Of a stretch of DNA of 64,000 nt, positions 13,048 to 25,830 are shown in pieces. The DNA lies in NCBI GenBank assembly GCA_964016885.1, contig OZ024743.1, forward strand, positions 157,542,001-157,606,000. The letters run 5' to 3'. The notes below the pieces were generated by a model. The model had not been told where the DNA came from and searched no databases. It was given only the letters and a program-made list of their open reading frames with translations. The stretch comes from Eledone cirrhosa (taxonomy: Eukaryota). The position numbers and the translations under genes were made by a program. How positions within the stretch are numbered: position 1 is the first letter of the stretch; each line of letters starts with the position of its first letter.

Positions 13048-13263
13048 GGGTGGTGGATTGGCGGTATCGGTAGAATGTCGGATGCCATGCTTTGCAGCAT
13101 AGAGTTACGGCCCTTTATGATCTGAGTTCAAATCCCGCCGAGGTAAACTTTTCCTTTCATCCTTGCGGGGTCGATTAAATAAAGTATCAGTAACGCATTG
13201 GAATCGATTTAATAGACTTTTCCCTCCCCGAAAATTGCTGGCCTTGTGCATATATAAGAAACG
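13047..13263 (+). mobile_element. Nin/Deu-domain tRNA SINE
   Basis: A-box-like tggcggtatcggtag, B-box gagttcaaatccc, conserved core and tail, flanked by (ATT)n. Confidence 0.85.
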
Positions 13264-13340
<77 letters not shown>

Positions 13341-13341
<1 letters not shown>

Positions 13342-13526
13342 GGGCGGTGAATTGGCAGTATTGGTAGAGGGTTGGACGTCATGCTTGCTAACATAATTAC
13401 GTCCCTTTACGGTCTGAGTTCAAATCCCGCCAAGGTTAACTTTGCCTTTCATCCTTACGGGATCGATAAAATAAAGTACCAGTAATGTACTGGGTAATTG
13501 CTGACCTTGTGCCAAAAGTAGAAACA
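13341..13526 (+). mobile_element. Nin/Deu-domain tRNA SINE
   Basis: Same motifs, flanked by (ATT)n. Confidence 0.85.
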
Positions 13527-13624
13527 ATTATTATTATAATTATTATTATTATTATTGATTTTTATTTAGTGGCACCCAACTTCAGCAGCCCTGTTGTTTA
13601 ACGTCTTCTTCAATATATATATAT

Positions 13625-13905
13625 GTATATTCAGATAGGGGGGAAGAAAAAAATGGCTTCACTTGTGCTTTCAACAAATTTATTTTCTTCACAAAATCCA
13701 AAAATAATTTTTTCCGGATTAGAAAAAATTTTTCTTAAAAAATTTTTTTTTTATAAATTAACCAACAACTTAATTTATAAAAAAAATTTTTTTAAGAAAA
13801 ATTTTTTCTAATCCGGAAAAAAATTCTTTTGGGATTTTGTGAAGAAAATAAATTTGTTGAAAGCACAAGTGAAGCCATTTTTTCTTTCCCCCTGTCTTAA
13901 TATAC
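13625..13905. repeat. Fold-back palindrome (~135-bp arms, ~10-nt loop), MITE-like
   Basis: aaaatggcttcacttgtgctttcaacaaat... pairs with ...atttgttgaaagcacaagtgaagccatttt; centre near 13765. Confidence 0.9.
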
Positions 13906-14033
13906 CTAACTGTACCAAGGATTACACACATTTTCCAATATGTATATTCATATACACACGCGAATTTGAAATACAAAGATAGAATCAGTTAAAATGTCAA
14001 CAATTTATCTCAAATAAAAGTTACAGTCCAATT

Positions 14034-14066
14034 ACACACACACACACACACACGCACACACATATA

Positions 14067-14118
<52 letters not shown>

Positions 14119-14338
14119 TTTACACATATATATACATACACATACATAAACGTGTTTTGCAACTGGTCACTTTTTGGCTCAATGAAAAATTAATAAATTA
14201 AACAATCAGAGCTATATATCATAAAACATGTCTATAGAATCACAAGATAAAATATATACTATTTCCTCTCCCAATTAGCATAATTAACTATATACAAAAA
14301 TCGAATAAACCAGGCTATACGAATGAGGCTTCTATGAA

Positions 14339-14386
<48 letters not shown>

Positions 14387-14475
14387 GGCCTCAGCCGGAT
14401 GGCTGGAACAGGTAAAAGAGTAAAACATACACACATACACGCACACACACACACATACAACACATATATACATGT

Positions 14476-14574
<99 letters not shown>

Positions 14575-14929
14575 CGTGTGTGTGTAATTGGACAGTAACT
14601 GTCATTTGAGATTACTTAAGAAAATATCATATAATTTCACTAGCTCTGGCAGTGGGCAGGTGAATAGTAAACTGCACTGGTGAAGGATAATCACCTAGAG
14701 ACGTTAGCGTCTACAGTTCTGTTTACATGCCAACACAAAAGCAAAAATGGGGGTCTCATTTTACTGACATGACTTAATAGACGAATGTAGATATGTATAT
14801 GTATGTATATATGTATGCATGCATGTTTGTATGTATGTGTGTAAGCATGTATGTATGTATGAATGTATGTATATATGTACGTATGCATACATGTAAATTT
14901 ATCTCTCTCTCTCTCTGTCTCTGTCTCTC

Positions 14930-14966
<37 letters not shown>

Positions 14967-15180
14967 TTACATATATATTTTTTCTACCATTGCTCCTCTC
15001 TTCCTCTGACTTCTGCGGACCAAAACACGTCTAGCCACTCATTTCTGTCGTTTGGGGTAAATACTATTCGACACTGTCATTTACGGTATTTTGCTGTTTT
15101 AACCGCCATCCTTGCGCTGAGTTTTCTCATTATTCTATGAATACTAATACACCTACGCTTCAACTCGATCTTCGAGTAAA

Positions 15181-15223
<43 letters not shown>

Positions 15224-15246
15224 ACTGTCTCTCTCTCTCTGTCTAA

Positions 15247-15327
<81 letters not shown>
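14034..15327. repeat. Compound microsatellite field (CA, TA, GT, TATG, CT), with a short SINE-tail fragment at ~14384-14424
   Basis: Direct reading; catggcctcagccggatggctggaacaggtaaaagagtaaaa is the reverse complement of ~32322-32369. Confidence 0.85.
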
Positions 15328-15329
<2 letters not shown>

Positions 15330-15331
<2 letters not shown>

Positions 15332-16762
15332 ACGAAGGTGTTGTGGTAAGGAACCAGATGGACCATAACGCAACAGAGTACTCAATTCTTAGGGTAGTAG
15401 AGTGGGTACTAGGAGAAAGTATGACCCGGACGGCAGAGCTCAAGCCGTTTCGACGGCTATTTCTGGACTAAAGTAAGAGTTTTTTTAGTCTGGTAAATAA
15501 ATAGCCGAACTTTTCAGCTACAATCTTTCCTTATATGGAAAGATTATAGTTGTCAAGGGGATTGGTCAAAATATGTAGCGGACACAGAAAAGTCTATCAT
15601 AGGAGTGGGTGCGGGATGGGGATGGCTGAACTTGCCTGTAGATCGATAGGGGAGTGGGTAGAGCCGGTCAAGCGCAGAAGATGAAATCTACATGGCAAAT
15701 TCTAAGGAATGTGTATGAAAGTAGGCCAGAGGTAATGGCGAAAACGGGTATCTTTACAAAGTGGATGAGGGACGTTATAGAAATAGTAAATCAAATGCGA
15801 TTAGGGGACAAAGAAAAAATATATTAAAATATGAGAGAAAGATGTAACAGAAAGTAAGATTGGAAAGTGAGAAGTGAAATAAGGAGTCTAACACAGCTGC
15901 TATATTTCGGCCAAAGCCACAGAATGAGTTGCTAGATGAGAATAATTGAAACTTTAGAAATAAAAATTAAAAATTAATACCACATATCTGGGATCTAACA
16001 CAGCTGCTATGAATAGTTAGTATAGCGTAATCGGCGAATGCTATCTGTAAGTTACTGCGGTGGGGGTACTGAGGCTAAAGAGGACCAATGGGCTGCCTCG
16101 AGGTAGGCGAAAGGGGAAAAAAACAAAGAAAGGAACGAGGAAGAAGTTCGGTGGTGGAAAGAAGTGATAGGGGGGAGATAAAGGGAAGAAGAAAACATGG
16201 AGGAAAAGAAAAGAGGTACATCTACCTATATCAGTAGGGGTTTACCCTACCTTATTCGGTAAGTGGGGTGTTCCAGCCCTAGTCTACCCACCCGGATCGT
16301 TGTAACCCGAGTAAATTTCCTGGACGTTATCCTCAACCTCTCATATTTTAATATATTTTTTCTTTGTCCCCTAATCGCATTTAATTTACTATTTCTATAA
16401 CATCCTTCCTCCACTTTCTAAAGATACCATTTTTCGCAATTACCTCTGGCCTACTTTCATACACATTCCTTAGAATTTACCGTGTAGATTTCACCTTCTA
16501 GGCGTGACCGGCTCTACCCACTCCCCTATCGTTCAACAGCCAAGTTCAGCCCTTCCAACTCCACATCCACTGCCATGATAGATATTTCTGTGTCCGCTAC
16601 AAATTTTAACCAATCCCCTTCACAACTACAATCTTTCCATATCAGGAAGTACCCTTGAAAAGTTCGGCTATTTATTTACCAGACTAAAAACACTCTTACT
16701 TTAGTCCATAAATAGCCGTCGAAACGGCTTGAGCTCTGCCGTCCGGGTCATACTTTCTCCTA
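15330..16762. mobile_element. Truncated Penelope-like element with inverted pLTR arms (~15410-15837 / ~16338-16762) and a hammerhead-like motif (family A)
   Basis: ~425-bp inverted repeat; left arm has an extra ~80-bp tail; RT remnant RVNFLDVILNL at ~16308-16340; GAAACGGC...GCCGUC stem-III motif; both ends in (TA)n. Confidence 0.7.
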
Positions 16763-17591
16763 TATATATATATATATATATATAAATATATATATACATA
16801 TATATATATATACATAAAGACTGAGATGATAAAGTTATTTCTGTATACCTAGACTCCACCAATGTGTATATAAATATACATATTTTTTTTATATAAGAAA
16901 GTAAACATATACATACACAGATATGTACGTGCATACATACAGGCATACACACACACACGCACACACACGCACACACACACACAGACACACACGTACAAAC
17001 ACACACATACACACACACACACACACGTACAAACACACACACACACACACACATATATATATGTATGGTTCTTTTTATGTCATATTCATGTATCAACTCT
17101 ACACTTATCTGTGTGTTCATGCATGTGTGTCCATGTGTAAATGTGTGTTTGGGTGTATGTGTATATTTTTCCTCGTGACTTCCATCATGCACACATCTAT
17201 AGATTGCCTGTTATCGAAAACATTGCATTACTGTGTCTTTGAAATCCTTTATCTGATGCTCGTAAATTCTTAGTTTGCATTTGAACAAGTATTTAGATCA
17301 AACAACCTCACGCATTTAAATTGCTAATGACACGTAATTACAGCCAAATATCTTCTGGCGTTATTGCTGATGCTGCTTCTAATGCGTTTTCTGTCTGTTT
17401 TTGTTGTTTTGGTTTTATGTTGCTTCTGCAAATGTTATTGCGATTCATGATACTGTTGACTAAAATGGTGCTACCCATTTTTAGTTCTGTGTTTACGATT
17501 ATTATTCACTCATATAGGTGTGTGCTCTTATATGGCCATAGATACAAATACACATACACACACTCACACAAACAGACGCGCGCGCACCCAC

Positions 17592-17628
<37 letters not shown>

Positions 17629-17719
17629 GTGTGTCTGTAAGTTTGTGTGTCTGGGAGAGAGTTAAACAGGGAGAGTTTGGGTGGGGATGAGTATGCGTCT
17701 GTCTGTACAAGGGAGAGCG

Positions 17720-17773
<54 letters not shown>

Positions 17774-17922
17774 GTATTTATATATATATATATGTTTGAT
17801 ATAACTATAAATATGTAGGGTAGTATTAAGTACTAGCCGGTTACCGGTATGACAAAAGGCTCAATGCAAATTTTCTATACAAAGCGTTGAAACGATCAAA
17901 TTTTAGTTTAGACAATTTATTA

Positions 17923-17966
17923 GCTGACAATTGTTTCTCCAGAGGGAAGTCTGGACTCATCGGAGC
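17923..17966 (-). ncRNA. Minimal type I hammerhead ribozyme-like motif
   Basis: GCU-CCGAUGA-GUCCAG..CUGGA-GAAAC-AAUU-GUC-AGC. Confidence 0.65.
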
Positions 17967-19013
17967 ATAAGGAATGTCGAAACATGTAACTATAATCCCA
18001 GTCATTTAGAACAATTAGGGTACATAATTGTTATTAGTGTCAAAGGCATCATGTGGAGAGTCAGGAGTTAAAATATGTTCTGCTTGAAATAACACAATTA
18101 CAGGCAGCACTGGTTGGAAGTATAATAGGTATAATTAAAAAGCACAAGCAAAAGAATATCATAGGCTAGAAAAAACACACGCAAAACGTTATAAGCTAAG
18201 AAAATTGGTGTACAATGCAGGAGTCAATACAGTTAAAAAGGCATGTATGAGGAAAGAGTTATAATGCAGTTGAAGTACACATATTTGGTGTGGGGTGTTA
18301 AAGCATATTATAATTGTTATAAATGTTTAGGATAGTGTGCAATTTGTTAGAGAGACATGTGGTGATAATGCAGGTGTTTGTTATGTAAGGTGTAATGTAA
18401 AGCACGGGGTAGAGTTGGATGTGTGATTTTCATACAACTATTTTTGTGTTGTAGTTCGTATGTACGTGTGTGTGTTGTTTGTTGCTCACAGCATGGGATT
18501 AGTTTGAGTCGTTTATAGTCAATAGTTGTTTGTTTGTTAAATGTAAATTCCACCGAATTACTGGCCATGTTGTTATTTTAGGTATATTATTTTATGCATT
18601 TCTTATCTCCAAATTATCTTTTCTAGGGTTTGTATTAACCGTTATTAAGCTGTTGGCAAACCGTTTTGTTTTTTAATTTTATAAGTTTACACAGGAAGTT
18701 GTAAAGGGGGTTAGTAACGAAGGGAGGTAATTAATGTTGTTGATAAATTATAGGTTGTTTTAATATTGTGGCACTGTTATAACTTAGTTTTTATAGAGTA
18801 TAAAAAATATAATATATTATTGCTTATATAATTGTTATCTTTTAAACTTGTGTGTGTGTGGAGGGATGGGGGGTTAAACACTTTTATTTAATTATTTTAT
18901 TATAACTAGATAGTTTTTAAATAGTTAGTATATGTATAAATAATATAATTTATATACATATGTGTGAGAATGTGTATATATTTATACACACGCACACACA
19001 CATTCATACACAT

Positions 19014-19074
<61 letters not shown>

Positions 19075-19411
19075 CATACAGATTGTGTAGATATAGTTGA
19101 AGTTTTTTTATGACAGGATAGTGAGTTACATAATATATACTGGAGTAATTGGAGTTATATACACAGTTGTCTACTATTTAGTTGGTGTTGTATATTGAGA
19201 GTTTATTAGAGTGTCTATATTATTTAAATATTTTAATAGTATAAGGTAAGAGATCAAACAGGGGTTTATTGACTGTATGTAGGTCAGTGTGGTCTTTTGA
19301 TTAAGGTGTAGTCCTATATTCGGGAAGGTATAGTTGGGTAAATGAAGGTCTAGTTGGATAAATTACAAGGTGGTGGTCTAGTGTTATTTCCGACATTGGT
19401 CTTTATTTTTA

Positions 19412-19441
<30 letters not shown>

Positions 19442-19444
<3 letters not shown>

Positions 19445-21595
19445 GTTACTAGGTTGGAAGTAGTGGAACGAGAAGCTATGGTAATGTGGACGCGTGTAGA
19501 AGATCTCTGATTTACTATTTAGTAGGCTCAAGTTAGAGTGATTAATATGTTTATACTCAAGGATGCAAAGGTTACAAAATTTGTTAGGTGGTCTATATGA
19601 AGGGACCTTAGCTATCTCTTCCCATTTTAAGGCGTATGGTATGTTACCTGATTTTAATGAGTATATGTATGTGGGTAGTGAGGTTACGTTGCTAACTTTA
19701 GGGTTTCTGGACGAATGAAGGTGTGAATTATATCTGGTCTTAAAGCTATTCGATGTTGAGCCTATATATACTTTCGAGATGTGATTAGCGCTTACAGTAC
19801 CGGAGTAGACAATGACTTTAATTAGGCAGTTCTTATTTAATTGGGCATGTCTTGTTAGGCCTATAATTACAATGGTTTTGGTAACTAGTATAGTGGTTAA
19901 GAGGGTATGCATTTGAGTGGTTGATTCTGTTTCTACTTCTAGTATTATGATTATGGTGAGTATTATTATTATTGGTATTATTAGTGTGAATTGCTGTATG
20001 GTCTTGTACTGTGTTATTCTTCAGGTTATTTCTATGCTGGACATTATTACTTTGGTGTAATTTGAAGTACTTTCCAATCTTTCTCTTGTTGGTGCTGGCT
20101 ATATGGTCTGCTATGTTAGGTGTGGTGGATTAGGATATTTTAATTGTGTTTTTGTTAAATAGGTTGTGGTATTTATGGTTAGTTGGGGAGTTGTTGTCTA
20201 GAGTAGAGAAGAAAGCTTTAGGCATGTTTTTGATACATTTAAGTTGAACGGAGGGTTAAAAAATGTACTACTTCTTCTTCTATTCTTCTTATGGTTGTTA
20301 TTCATACTACTGTTTAGTGTGGTGTTAGGTTCCTTCCTATCTATATTTTTCTTTCTGTGGTGTTTCTTAGGATTATTGCTGGTGTGTGGTTTAACATTTT
20401 TTATGGTGCCCTTTGTATAGGAGTCAGTATTTTCAATACTATGATCATATTTACTTTTATTCATGGCCATGTTGTGTGAAATTATATTAGGTTGTCTATG
20501 GGTGGTTGACGATTTTTGTTTAAATTTAATTTTATCTCTATGAACGGAACGGGCTAAGGCTTCATTATAGTATTGCGAGTTACGATTAAATGTATTCTCG
20601 TTGTAAGAAAGGCTACAAATTGTATTAGATACCCCTTTAATGATTGAGGTCAGTACAGATTTAGGGTGGTTAGAGTTGGTATTAACATAGAAGAGTTTTT
20701 CATTAAGTTTATGATAAGTTGTGTATTGTTTAGAGTCTAAGTAGAGAGTGACGTCTAGGAAGCTTACATTTTTGGTGTTTTTATCTAAAGTGATACCTAA
20801 GTTATAGTTTTTAAATATTTTATGTAATTGTTTTCTATTTCTTACAATATTGAACTTTTTATAGTCTGAGATGAAAAGTGTGTCGTCTCAGTATAGGGCA
20901 CCGTTGAGGTAAGGTAGGTTCTTGTGTATTTCGTTTAAGAGAAATAGACCGACTAAGTCGGTTACCTGTGCCGAGTCACTAGATCCCATGGTGATAACGA
21001 AGTTGTTGGGTGTATTCTTGCGGGTCCATAGTTGGTCTTCAAATTTAATTATTGTTTTCCTGGCCGCAAGGATTATGTCTACCTGGAATCTAGTGAGTTC
21101 ACTATTTTCATGGCCATTATTAGTGACTTATTTAGGAGGATAGTTTAAATAGAGGTGTAGTAGGAGTTTATATCAAATTGGATGAATTTCTTATTATTTT
21201 CATTAATACCATTAAACCATTCGATTACTTCACTAGTGTTTCCCCAGAGGTTAAAATGAATGTTTTGTTTAATTTGGGGGATTAATTTATCTAAAAAAAT
21301 GTCCTAGTTATACCAATGTCGGATCTGGATGGGCAAATAAGTCTAATTGAGGGGTAAGTATTGAAGTCATCCTTATGGTCTTTCAGAGAGAATCGTGGGG
21401 AATCGTGTACGATTGAGTATGTCTCTCTAGTCCTAATTTACTTATTAAACTACGGGCTTCAATATTTATGTCATCCAGGTTTTTATGAGATGTTGTTTTT
21501 TTGTAGTTCCTATAAAGTTCTTTATATATAAATCCTCTATATGTATCGTAATCTAGGCTATATACGTTTTTAGTTTCATAAGCTAGTACCAACAA
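19442..21595 (-). pseudogene. Disrupted PLE RT + GIY-YIG ORF
   Basis: ORFs 21383-21595, 20198-20470, 19442-19912; catalytic YRDD carries an in-frame TGA at ~20889. Confidence 0.85.
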
Positions 21596-21829
21596 GAGAA
21601 TATAACCAGCACCAACAAGAGAAAGATTGAAAAGTACTTCAAATTACACCAAAGTAATAATGTCCAGCATAGAAATAACCTGAACAATAACACAGTACAA
21701 GACCGTACAGCAAGTCACACTAATAATACCAATAATAATAATACTCACCATAATCATAATACTAGACGTAGAAACAGAAACAACCACTCAAATGCATACC
21801 CCCTTAACCAGTATAATAGTTACCAAAAC

Positions 21830-22260
21830 AATTGTAATTGTAGACCTAACAAGACATGCCCATTAAATAAGAACTGCCTAATTAAAGTCATTGTCTACTC
21901 TGCTACTGTAACCGCTAATCACATCTCGAAAGTATATATAGGCTCAACATCGAATAGCTTTAAGACCAGATATAATTCACACATTCATTCGTTCAGTAAC
22001 CCTAAAGTTAGCAACGTAACCTCACTACCCACATACATACACTCATTAAAATAAAGTAACATACCATACACCTTAAAATGGGAAGTGATAGCTAAGGCCC
22101 CTTCATATAGACCACCTAACAAATTTCATAACCTTTGCATCATTGAGTCTAAAAATATTATTCACTCTAACCTTAGCCTACTAAATAGGAAATCAAAGAT
22201 TTTCTACACGTGTCTACATTCCCTTAGATTCTCGTTCCACTACTTCCAACCTAGTAACTA
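21830..22260 (+). pseudogene. Second (inverted) copy of the GIY-YIG domain
   Basis: NCNCRPNKTCPLNKNCLIKVIVYSATV...VYIGSTSNSFKTRYNSH; internal stop. Confidence 0.85.
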
Positions 22261-22264
22261 ATAA

Positions 22265-22450
22265 TTGTTTCTACTTTTAGGCACAAGGCCAGCAATTACC
22301 CAGTACATTACTGGTTCTTTATTTTATCGACCTCGTAAGGATGAAAGGCAAAGTTAACGTCGGCGGGATTTGAACTCAGATCATAAAGGACGTAACTCTA
22401 TGCTTCAAAGCATGGTGTCCGACTCTCTACCGATACCACCAATCCACCAA
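22265..22450 (-). mobile_element. Nin/Deu-domain SINE inserted in the right PLE arm
   Basis: Reverse-complement SINE; the left arm has only (TTA)n at the equivalent site (~19418-19443). Confidence 0.88.
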
Positions 22451-22787
22451 TAATAATAAAAATAAAAATAAAGACCAATGTCGGAGATAACACTAGACCA
22501 CCACCTTTTAATTTACCCAACTAGACCTTCGCGAATATAGAATAGGACTACACCTTAATTAAAAGACCACACTGACCTACATACAGTCAATAAACCCCTG
22601 TTTGATCTCTTACCTTATACTATTAAAATATTTAAATAATATAGACACTCTAATAAACTCTCAATATACAACACCAACTAAATAGTAGACAACTGTGTAT
22701 ATAACTCCAATTACTCCAGTATATATTATGTAACTCACTATCCTGTCATAAAAAACTTCAACTATATCTACACAATCTGTATGTATG

Positions 22788-22858
<71 letters not shown>

Positions 22859-23906
22859 TTATATATATGTGTATGTGTATGCATGTCTATGTGTGTATGT
22901 ATATATATATACATTCTCACTCATATGTATATACCTCATATTATATATACATGTACTAACTATTTAAAAACTATCTAGTTATAATAAAATAATTAAATAA
23001 ATGTTTTAAACCTCTCTACACAAGTTTAGAAGATAACAATTATATAACCAATAATATTTTATATTTTATATTCTCTCAAGACTAACTTATAACAGTACCA
23101 CAATATCAAAACAACCCTTAATTTATCAACAACATTAATTACCTCCCTTCGTTATTAACCCACTTTACAACTTTCTCTGTAAATTTATAAAAGTAAACAA
23201 CATAACGGTTTACCAACAGCTTAATAACTATTAATACAAACCCTAGAAAAGATAATTTGTAGATAAGAAATGCATAAAATAATATACCTAAAATAACAAC
23301 ATGGCCAGTAATTCGGCGGTATTTACATTTAACAAACAAACACCTATTGACTATAAACGACTCAAAATAATCCCATGGTTAATAGTTGTGAGTAACAAAC
23401 AACACAGGTACATACGAACTACAACACAAAAATAGTTGTATGAAAATCACACATCCAACTCTACCTCGGGCTTTACATTACACCTTACATAACAAACACC
23501 TGCATTATCACCACATGTCTCTGTAACAAATTGCACACTATCCTAAACATTTATAACAATTATAATATGCTTTAACACCCCACACAAAATATGTGTACTT
23601 CAACTGCATTATAACTCTTTCCTCATACATGCCTTTTTAACTGTATTGACTCCTGCATTGTACACCAATTTTCTTAGCTTATAACGTTTTGCGTGTGTTT
23701 TTTCTAGCCTATGATTTTTTTTGCTTGTGCTTCTTAATTATACCTATTACACTTCCAACCAGTGCTGCCTGTAATTGTGTTCTTTCAAGCAGAACATCTT
23801 GTTAACACCTGACTCTCCACATGATGCCTTTGACACTAATAACAATTATGTACCCTAAATGTTCTAAATGACTAGGATTATAGTTACATATTTCGACATT
23901 CCTTAT

Positions 23907-23951
23907 GCTCTGATGAGTTCAGACTTCCCTCTGGAAGAAACAATTGTCAGC
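23907..23951 (+). ncRNA. Minimal type I hammerhead ribozyme-like motif
   Basis: GCU-CUGAUGA-GUUCAG..CUGGAA-GAAAC-AAUU-GUC-AGC, followed by AAUAAA. Confidence 0.7.
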
Positions 23952-24180
23952 TAATAAATGTTCTAAACTAAAATTTGATCGTTTCATCACTTTGTATATA
24001 TTTCAACGGCCGATGAACCTGGAGATCTGTGTTTTCCGTTTGTATTTATATTTTCAAATTATAGCTCTTTAAGCTATCCCGTTTAAAAAATTGTCTTTCG
24101 TTATGCCATGTTTCGGTTCGTCGTCTTGTCTACTATTTGTTAACTTTCCTGCGTTTATCATATGCACACACACACACACA

Positions 24181-24232
<52 letters not shown>

Positions 24233-25255
24233 TGTATGTATAGTATATTTGGCAATATACTGTATATGGATTTATCACATGGATAAAAGTTCAACTCTTA
24301 TCCAGGATTAAACTCTGCTTAAATAAACTTTTACCCAGATTGGCTGGTTAGGTCAACTTCGATTGGCATCAGTATTAACAATTATAGCTTCTGTGAGGCT
24401 TCTATACCACAACGGTAGCAGCTTACATGTGCGTAAAAATGGTACTTCCTGTGGTATAGTTAAAACATAATGTAAGAAATAAAATGTTGTTTTAAACGAA
24501 TTGCTACTCCTTCATTTATTTATTTTGCTTATATACATACATACATACATATGTACATACATACATACATACATACATACATACATACATACATACATAC
24601 ATACATACATACATACATACATACATACATACATACAAGCATATGCACATGTGACTAAGTCAATGAGTGGATGTGACAGATTATGTCAATTTGTATATAG
24701 GCGGATGAGAGAGAGTGTGTGGTTTCCAAATATATATATTCAACAATTTCCTTGCATGAATATATCTTCCAGAAACACACTCTTAAATCACACCTCCTTC
24801 GTCATCTTTCGTCGTCTAAATACTGCTGACCATACTGACCAGACTTTGCTCATTAATTATCTCCACAATATATAGGATCGGAAGTAAACGACTGAACAAG
24901 TAACATAATAACACTACAACCATAAATATTTCTCTTTTTCTACGAATGGGTACCAGTAACGGCCAAGTTCAACCACACTTTTTCGACTAAGATTGATTAC
25001 CAGATGCAAGTGTCATCTGTAACAGGAAGCATGTGATAATATAGTAAATGAGTATTAACAAATATCAATAGTATGTATCCTGATATAGCACTCTTGTTAA
25101 TTTGGATTCTAACCAAAACTAATCATCACACAAAGCTGAATATGTTTGCACACACATGCACACACATATTCATTCACGTGCATGTCAGAGTATTACATAT
25201 GCTATAAAGTCTTAGCTATGATTACTGTCGGTCAATGTTTGGAAAATTAAGAAAA

Positions 25256-25830
25256 CTAGCAGAAGAACACCCTCCCCCTGCGATTTTCTGTTAGCATATG
25301 TAGTGTGCATATTGATATTATACGCAAATATATATGCATGTAGATATGCTACGAAACTGTGCATATTGATATACTCAAAATGATATGCATATAGACATGA
25401 TACGTAAATTGAAAAGTAAATTGACAATATGCATATAAATTGACCAAAGACCCTGTTACACTTCCATATGTAGTCAATAAAGTAATCCATGATACATTTT
25501 AAAAAAGGAAATAAATATATGTTTAAACGAAAAAGAAAATGACAAAAAGAGAGTTGAATATATATATATTAAAATGAAAAAGGAGAAAATGAGATTAGCG
25601 ACGGAAATATATACGTTATGATGTAACGATGGAAACAGTTACGGCAAAATGTTATGATATGAACGCTAACGAAAGTGACATTTGAAAGCTTTAACAGAAG
25701 TGAATCTTGAAATAAGCAATACATTATATATAAAATTATTTATGTTTAATCAAGAGCTACGAAATCTAGTAGATAAATTACATAATATTCATTCATCATT
25801 TATTCAAAGTAATCCGACTTATTTTAATAA
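25256..25830 (-). mobile_element. Non-autonomous Helitron-like repeat (paralog of 44550-44977)
   Basis: Reverse-complement similarity to 44550-44977; minus-strand end CTAG|T; 5' limit uncertain. Confidence 0.55.

Larger units (their letters stand above)
17805..24000 (-). mobile_element. Naiad-type Penelope-like retroelement, 5'-truncated, with a large inverted pLTR (arms ~17876-20100 and ~21605-23998)
   Basis: Minus-strand RT (ITMGSSDSAQVTDLVGLFLL...LY*DD, FLDVTL, FNPPF) and GIY-YIG (IVY...VYIGST, CNLCILE); right arm repeats the 3' 2.2 kb in reverse; hammerhead in each arm. Confidence 0.9.

Noticed and set aside
13047-13140. tRNA gene
   Set aside because: A/B-box-like motifs are the head of a multi-copy SINE; no full cloverleaf.
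14315-17273. ORFs rich in YI, HT, CV or ER dipeptides (also elsewhere in the window)
   Set aside because: Translations of dinucleotide and tetranucleotide microsatellites.
20885-20895. In-frame TGA in the PLE RT as selenocysteine (some Naiads encode selenoproteins)
   Set aside because: It replaces the Arg of YRDD (CGA>TGA CpG decay), not a Cys; the Cys codons I read are TGT/TGC.
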